Positions 46,190-52,662 of a stretch of DNA of 52,662 bases are shown piece after piece. Position 1 is the stretch's first letter. Each line of letters opens with the position of its first letter. The stretch spans positions 278,025-330,686 of the forward strand of contig WELB01000010.1 in assembly GCA_009602725.1 (NCBI GenBank). Reading direction: 5' to 3'. Under the pieces are notes generated by a model that was not told the DNA's origin, searched no databases, and was given only the letters and a program-made list of their open reading frames with translations. The DNA comes from Spirogloea muscicola (lineage: Eukaryota). A program made the translations under genes and the position numbers.

Positions 46190-46835
46190 TATATGGTCTG
46201 AAGCAAGCCCCGAGGGCATGGTATCAACGTGTTGATTAATCTCCATTGAAGAACCGGTTTATTAGATGTCATTCTGAGCTTACAATAACTTAAGGGGTCA
46301 CGTACACAACACCTCATCCGTGCCTTACATGTTGATGACATGTCGATACATATTTGATGATGTGTCGATGCTTTGCAAGAATAGAAAGAAGAGATGAAGT
46401 CAAAACAAGTACTAGCATAATAAATCGTATCTTGGTTGGTCATACTGGATTGCAGTCAAGCGCATCGTGAGATTCTAAAGAGGACAACACGACTTGCTGT
46501 CAAGAAAGTCCTCAATCTGTGAAATGTCAGTAGAAGCAATCCAATGGTTTCCTTGATTGTACTGACTCAGTCTGGGGTGCTGATATAGAAGACAGACGGT
46601 CCACCACTGGTAACGTCTTTCTTCTGCATGGACGTGGGCTCTTATGGAGCAGTAGAAATCAATCAACACGCGCACTTTCATCAACAGAGGCTGAGTGCAT
46701 GGCGGCAGCACTTGCAGTCAGACAGGCAATCTGGTGACGACGACTTATGCTTGGAATTGGCCTGCAACAACCTTTGACTACAATTCTAAGAGATTCACAG
46801 GGCAGTCTTGCTTTGGTAGCAAACCCAGTCTTTCA
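46190..46835 (+). mobile_element. Degenerate Ty1/Copia RT-end/RNase H remnant
   Basis: WIAVKRIVRF, TDSVWGADIEDRRSTTG, WSSRNQSTRALSSTEAECMA, LALVANPVF; probably the continuation of 42480-44000. Confidence 0.8.
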
Positions 46836-47692
46836 ACTTCTTTGCGGCTCCTAAGTGGAGGTTACTAAATGACCATCCTACCAATAAAGCGTTGGCTTGT
46901 CAATTCTTTCCGGGGTGGCTGTTCACAGCGCTTGCCCCCCAGTGGGAGTGCCATTTCTTCTTCCTTTGGGAGAGCCAGAGCCACTGTCTCTGTTGGACCT
47001 CTGGTTTATTCTCACCTTCATTCTTAAATGTTCGTGATTACGTTTTCTTTGTTGTCAAGTGCCACCACCTTTGTATCTTGTTACTAATTTTGTCTTTGCT
47101 TTGACATGACTTCTACCAGCGAAACTAACAAGTCTAATGCGTCCAAGAACACTCAATTAGACACGGGCCTCGCGCTGCTCTTGCCGCTCGAGCTTCCGAG
47201 ACGTCGGCTTGATACTGTGGGCTGGCCCTTGTGCAGCCTCGCCCGATGTAGGAAGATCTGCCTCTTCCGGGCCCCCTTGGAGTTTACCGATGACGAACGA
47301 GGCAACTTGCTAAGCCTCGCGCATCCCGATAATCGGCGAGGAGCGATGTACGTGCACCGAGCTGTGTGCATACGAGCCGGCACTGGCTTGTACTGACTGA
47401 CGACGGAGGAGCCTGTTTCGAGTCCCTCGGACAAAGTTGCTGGCAAAGAGGTGTGCATGTCGAGGATGCGAGGCATTCAGGAGCACCCGCCTGAGCAGTC
47501 CGACTGGCGATCCATGGAATGGGAGCTCGTTTTGAGCTTATTGAATGTGGCAACCTGGAAACAATGGAAAGAATTCGGTTCGGTGCGAGCGACGAGCGAT
47601 CGAGATTGGCGGGGCTGCCTGGTGCAGCACGCCGGGGCTCGACTGCGGTAAAAAGGGCACGGCTGCTGCTGCCGGGACCATCTAGATAAATG

Positions 47693-47930
47693 AGAGAAGG
47701 CGCGCGGTGCGCAATAGAAATAAATGGGTGGCCAGTTCAAGCTAAATGGCTGTCGACAAAGAGGATGGGCGTCGGGAATGGACTTGGGTCGGTCGGTCCT
47801 CCTGAAGCTCATGAGACATGCTGCTGACGCTCGTCTGCGGTGGCACTGCCGAGGTCCAAGTCGTCGGGCCTTCTGGAGGCCGGGTGTTGGGCGTCGTCCC
47901 TCAGTGCTATTGTGCCGCAGCACCATGTAG
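47693..47930 (-). mobile_element. Old, diverged 3' end of a family-A-like CRE element
   Basis: Plus-strand AGAGAAGGCGCGCGG(T)GCGCA is the same terminus as at 35791; the internal TTCAAGC motif is shared; residual peptide AVPPQTSVSS compares with APAPQVSLSD. Confidence 0.55.
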
Positions 47931-48158
47931 CATGAGCTTCGAGGACCGCATGGGAGCCCGTTGCACGGCCGGGGAGCTGCCGGTGCTTCGTGGACGGGCC
48001 GTCTGGTCGATTCGCCGTCTCCCCGCGCGCAGCTGAGATTTGAGGCTCCTCCTCGTGGTGGAGTGGCCGACCTCCTCGAGCGGGCTACCGACGGCTCTGG
48101 AGCCGACCCGGGCTCGGCTCGGCTTCGTGGCGGCTCCCGTCCTCTGAGCACACTCCCC

Positions 48159-51100
48159 TCAGCACTTGCCGTTGCGACACGAGCTGAAGCAGCTGTTAAA
48201 CTCGAAGCTCCCGTAACCGAGACCCCAGCAGCACTTTTGGCACTCCACCAGGTAGTCCGTGCACGAGTAGGTGGTGGGAGGCCACACGGGGTTGGGGCAG
48301 GGGTTCCAGTAGCTGGACAGCAGGCAGTAAGCCGGGGACAGGATGGAGGGCGCGCCAAAGCAATTCCCGGTGCAGCCCACAGCGCAGGGGTTGCATTTAC
48401 CGCCCGTGGGAGCGTATGTGGGGGATGCGTAGTTGCAGATGGCATCGCACTGAGAGGTGTAAATCTTCCCGTCCCACCCGCAGACGGGGACGTCGGGGGT
48501 GCAGCCGCAGTACCTGCCGACGGGCCACTGGCACGGAATCTGCGGGCCGTAGGAGCGAAGCATGCGTCAGTGCCAGCGCACCTGCCATCCCGTCGAGCTC
48601 GTACACTGCTCCTGGCCTCGTCACCGACTGTCAAAAGAAAAGAAGAAAGGACAACGCGGCACGCGAGAGGAGGGCAAGAGGGGCTCGAGCTTCGTGCTGA
48701 CCTCGATAGTCGTGTTGACGACGCTCGTTAGGCTGTTACAGTCGGGGAGGTTGTTCTGCCAGCAGATGTTGGCCGGTGAGGCGGTAGGGCCGCATTGTGA
48801 GGCCACAGACTGGGCGATGGATTGCAGGGTGTCGTTGCCCTTGATCACGTAGGGCATGTAGTTGATGTAGTCCGTGGACACCGGCGGGGCGATGCACAGG
48901 GGCTGGCCGATTTGCAGGCGCGGAGAGTCGCACTGCAACCCGGGGTTGAGGCCCATGAACTGGGTTTCCGTCAGATTCGCGCCCATGTAGATGGTGGGGC
49001 AGGAGTCTCCGACCTGGACGCGGTAGGTCTGCGGGCACGCGCGGCGGCAAAGAGTCAGTCGGTCGGCCAGCTCGAGGGGCGTCGAAGCACACTCGCATCC
49101 CGTCACGCACTCGTTGAGCTCGCAGGCGTGCCGCGCTTGAGCGTACCTTGGAGCAGTTGGGAAGCAGGACTTGAGGGATCAGGGTGTTCAGGACGGGGCC
49201 CGTGTCGGCCGCCACGCAGATGGACATGCGGGCGGGGAGATGGTAGGGCGTGCACTGGAGCCCCGGGTTGAGGCTGTACAGCGTGGGGTAGTCGAGGCCG
49301 TAGTTCTGGACCACCCACGCGCACGTGTCCTGGTACGGCTGCACCTCGTATATCTGCCCGCACTTCGGGGGGGGCTTGATGATGGTCTGCTTGGACAGGC
49401 AGAGCTGCTGGCCCGCAAAGAGCTGGTTGCAGTTCAGGGTCGGGTTGTAGGACAGCAGCACCCAAGGCCACACCCAGGTCTTGACCAGGATGTTCAGGCA
49501 GGTGTCCCCGCTCTGTACGGTGTACGACGTCGCGCAACCGTTCGTGACGCCGTCGCTGGAGACGGAGACCGCGGTCCCTGCATCCACATGCTCTGGACGG
49601 CGTGAGACGACGACCCATGTGCTCGACTCGGATGATGATGTGATGTGCTCTCGTGCAGTGGCGAGCATCCGTGGAGGACAGGACGGTCATTACAAACGAC
49701 GGTCGTCCTAGAAGGGCTGCGCGTTGCTCACCGGGGTCGAGATACGCAGGGCTGAGGTCGGCCTGGTAGCACTGGATGCCGGGGTTGAGGCTCTGGAAGA
49801 CCGACTTGCTCAACTGGTACGCAGCTTGGACAGACTGCAAATGCACAGGATCGACGGTGAGAGGCCGTCCGGGCGTTGCGAGCGTCGGAATCGTGGGCGA
49901 CGATCCGGCTGCGGTACACGCAGGGAGCCCGCGCATCATGAACGTGTCGAGAGTGCGCAGGTTGTGCGTACCGGGCACGTGTCGCCGAAGACGGTGGTGT
50001 AAGTCTGAGTGCCGCTTCCGTGGCCGAAGACGCATGTGGCCGAGCCATCCGACTTGGCCCCCACAATGTGGTTGCTCGGGCACCCGCAGGAGTACGACCC
50101 GTCGCCATTGTTGGTGCACGAGCCAGAGCCGCAGGGGTTCGGGTTGGCCGAGCAGGGGTTGCTGGGCACGCACTGGGGCTGCCCTGTGGACGTGGCAAAG
50201 TTCTGCACGAAGCCCGAAGCGCACTTGCAGGAGTACCCGCCCGCGGTGTTCAGGGGGACGCACTGGCCGGTGCCGCATGGGTTGGGCAGGTTGTTGCAGC
50301 CGTTGACGCTGTCAGTGATCACCGGGAACTGCACGGACGCACCGGAGCCGTGTGAGCGGTCGCGCCGGGGCACAAGAGGACGCCGAGCAGACTGCGGGGC
50401 CCGGAGAGGCTCCTCTCCGCCGGACTCCTGGCGGAAAGGGCGGCGGCGCATGCAACCTGGCCTCGGACTAACCAGCGGCGGGGAGGAGGTGATGCCGCAC
50501 AGGCCCTTGCCGTCGTACATGGCCAGGCGCATGTAGCCACCCTCGCCCCATGCGGAACCCCACGAGTTCTTGATGAGCCAGTAGTTCTTGCCGCTGGCCG
50601 CGTCGGTGCCGTAGCCGACCACCAGCACCGCATGGTTGAGGTTCGAGGTGCATGCGCCGTCGTACACGCCCCCGGTGTAGTTCTGGAAGTCTGGCGCCGA
50701 CGCCTCGAGGAAGACGATTACCGGTTGGTTGGCGACGGCCTTGGCCAGCGCAACGGCGTCGCGGTTCGGCACCACGTCCCAGGACGTGATGCTGGCGCCG
50801 TTGGGCTGGTTCGTGGCTTTGCACGTCTGGTTGGTGGCCAGGTACGGGTACGCGGCCGTCGTCTGAACGCCGCCGTTCTCCACGACGTACTGGAGCGCCC
50901 ACTCGGGCCAGCCGCCCTGGCAGCACGTCCCCTGCTCGCAGTCGCACACCTGCTGCGCAGACAGGTTGGGCGGCGCCACGTTCTGCACGAGCGGCCACAG
51001 CCCGAGGCAGAGAGTTGAGTTGGCAAAAGCATCGTCGTCGGGACGGACTGACCGACGGAGGCAGGACTGCAGGCGGGGGCCAAGAAGCACGGCATCTCGC

Positions 51101-51748
51101 GGACCGCGCCGCGGCAGACCCGCATGCCCCGGGCTGCTTCGCCTCCTCCCGACCGGTCGTTGCACCCGTCGCCGCGAGCTTCTGAGACCCACCAGGACAC
51201 GACGCGACTCTGCCGCACGGCAGGACATGCGACTCTGCCCGACATGCAGCACTGGCGACCAATTCGGACGGTCTGCGTCTGCGGGTCGGTGTTGTGGCTG
51301 GCCGGACCTTGGCGATGGCCCAGATGGCAGCCACGCTGTCGACGGAGCTGTGCGCCCAGCAGCTGCTGCACGCGCCCTGGTCGCGTACGGCGGTGAGGAC
51401 GTTGCGCGTGCGCCAGTCCACGGCCAGCGGCGGATTCACGCTGGCGTAGCGGAAGAGGGAGCCGTTGAGCGCCAGCGTCGCCTGATCCAGGATGTACGGC
51501 GCCACGAGCCCGAGCTTCCTGATGTTGAGTCCGCGTGTGTTCGCCGCGCGCGCCTCCAGCGAGGGCGCCGCTTCGACGTGCGGCATCCGCTCGAACGCGG
51601 ACAGCGCGTACTCCGGAACGGCCTCTGGCGGCGGAGGCGCCGGCAGGCTGACTAGGTGCTTGTGCTTCTTGGCGTCCACCATCGGGCCGGCCGCAAGGCA
51701 GGCGGCCAGCAGCACCGTGACCACGACGGCGGTCGCCGTCCTCCCCAT
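48159..51748 (-). CDS. Secreted papain-like (C1A) cysteine protease fused to 2 EGF-like, 5 LysM, a Kazal-like and a Cys-rich domain; 7 exons, 849 aa
   Basis: Exons 51748-51308, 50982-50473, 50328-49972, 49834-49732, 49577-49147, 49028-48702 and 48539-48159 are all GT-AG and in phase (2550 nt). Signal peptide; VDWR...VRDQGACSSCWA; NHAVLVVGYG; YWLIKNSWG; EGF CNNLPNPCGTGQC...YSCKC and CSANPNPCGSGSC...YSCGC; LysM such as YTVQSGDTC...NPTLNC; Kazal PVCGWDGKIYTSQC. Confidence 0.92.
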
Positions 51749-52140
51749 GGCTGGCGCCGCTGCGGCCCCCGCCCGCCGCCGCCGCCAACGCCCGCTCGCC
51801 TGCCTGCCCGACTGAGAGCCTCGCCACGACTCCAGGTGCTCCTCCGCTTCCTCTCGCGCAGCTGCCCACTGCCGCGCTGGGGGTCGCCTCTAATGGGCGT
51901 GTAGCGAGCCAAGAGCAGGGCCGCCGGCGCTGGCAAGCCGCCGCGAGCCGCCGCCGCTGCTAAGGCTGGTGCGAGCGATGGAGGGCCGAGCCGGCGCCGG
52001 TGGAGGGAGCGCAGAGCAGGCCGGCCACGGCACTGCCGAAGACAGGAGGAGGATGACGGTGTGGGGGGGGGGGGGTGAGGAAGGAGGTTCCTGCAGCTGC
52101 GATTTGGCGGGAGAGGAGAAGGGGAGGAGAGGGGGAGGGA

Positions 52141-52328
52141 GAAAGCGGCTGCTGATATGAAAGAATCGGCTGTGAAATGCCAGCCAGATGCATACAGGTG
52201 TTCATGACGGAGCCAAAGGCTAGGCAGACAGGGCGCCCTCAATACCCCCGTGTCAGCAGTAGGAAGTCAGATGAGCTGAGGGGAGGAAGAGCAACCCCGC
52301 TGCGCAAGCCAGAGGCTGCTGCAAGGGC
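52141..52328 (-). mobile_element. Short 3' fragment of CRE-like element, family B
   Basis: ALAAASGLRSGVALPPLSSSDFLLLTRGY* plus the conserved 3' UTR. GAGGGGGAGGG flanks both sides (52129-52139, 52329-52339), a possible TSD in low-complexity sequence. Confidence 0.9.
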
Positions 52329-52662
52329 GAGGGGGAGGGGGAGGGGGAGAGCCCCCCCCTCCCCACAGGCAGCCAAGGAGGAGGAGATGGAACGGCGCCG
52401 GCGGAGGGGGGTGGACAGCGGTGCAAATTCCCTGAAGCGCCGCCAAACGTCTGCTGAGACCAGGTGCCGGCCGTACCGCTCCAGCCTGCCGGCTCCGGCC
52501 GGGGCAGGCCCTGGGCCGTTGGCCGCCAGGCCGGCGCCACAGAGCCGCCGGTGGGGAGGGGGACGCCAGGCGCGGCGCACAGCGGGACGCCCACCTGCTG
52601 CCAGCGGGGCCTCGTCCCTGCCCCCGCCCGCCCGCCCTCCCTCCTCCCCCCCTCCTCCCTCC

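Noticed and set aside
46900..46965. Possible degenerate family-C 3' end (GGGGTGGCTGTTCACAGCGC...GGGAGTGCCATTTCTTCTT)
   Set aside because: The hairpin is disrupted and identity is low; cannot be distinguished from chance.
47250..47650. Possible very old CRE internal fragment (VLHQAAPPISI, CFQVAT, DARGLA)
   Set aside because: Similarity is in short pieces across different frames; too weak without a profile search.
47477..51869. Several long overlapping ORFs (385, 256, 391, 383, 229 aa)
   Set aside because: They are shadow frames of the very GC-rich protease-LysM gene and carry no recognisable motifs.

Overview
Eukaryotic, GC-rich, intron-rich genomic DNA whose gene set looks like a green plant lineage; a streptophyte alga is my inference. 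Positions 1-33.8 kb are gene-dense: a plastid folate-biopterin transporter, a trypsin-like-fold protein, a BCNT/SWC5 protein, an ISS1/VAS1-type aminotransferase, a SURP+CCCH protein, an NTMT1-type methyltransferase, a conserved plant protein of unknown function, ALG12 and tRNA-Leu(AAG). Positions 33.8-47.9 kb are a nest of transposable-element (TE) relics: Gypsy, two Copia remnants, and an intron-containing partial copy of ALG12 split by a 5'-truncated but open CRE-like non-LTR retrotransposon (reverse transcriptase, RT, plus restriction-like endonuclease, RLE) with a 7-bp target-site duplication (TSD). The window ends with a 7-exon gene for a secreted 849-aa protein: papain-like protease, 2 EGF, 5 LysM, Kazal, Cys-rich tail. 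Two signals stand out. One is that protease-LysM-Kazal architecture. The other is a group of at least three CRE-like families that share a C-terminal LTRGY*, a GGCT/AGCC 3' hairpin and pyrimidine tails, with short family-B 3' fragments lying sense-oriented just upstream of three host genes. Family assignments come from motif recognition by eye; no database search was run.
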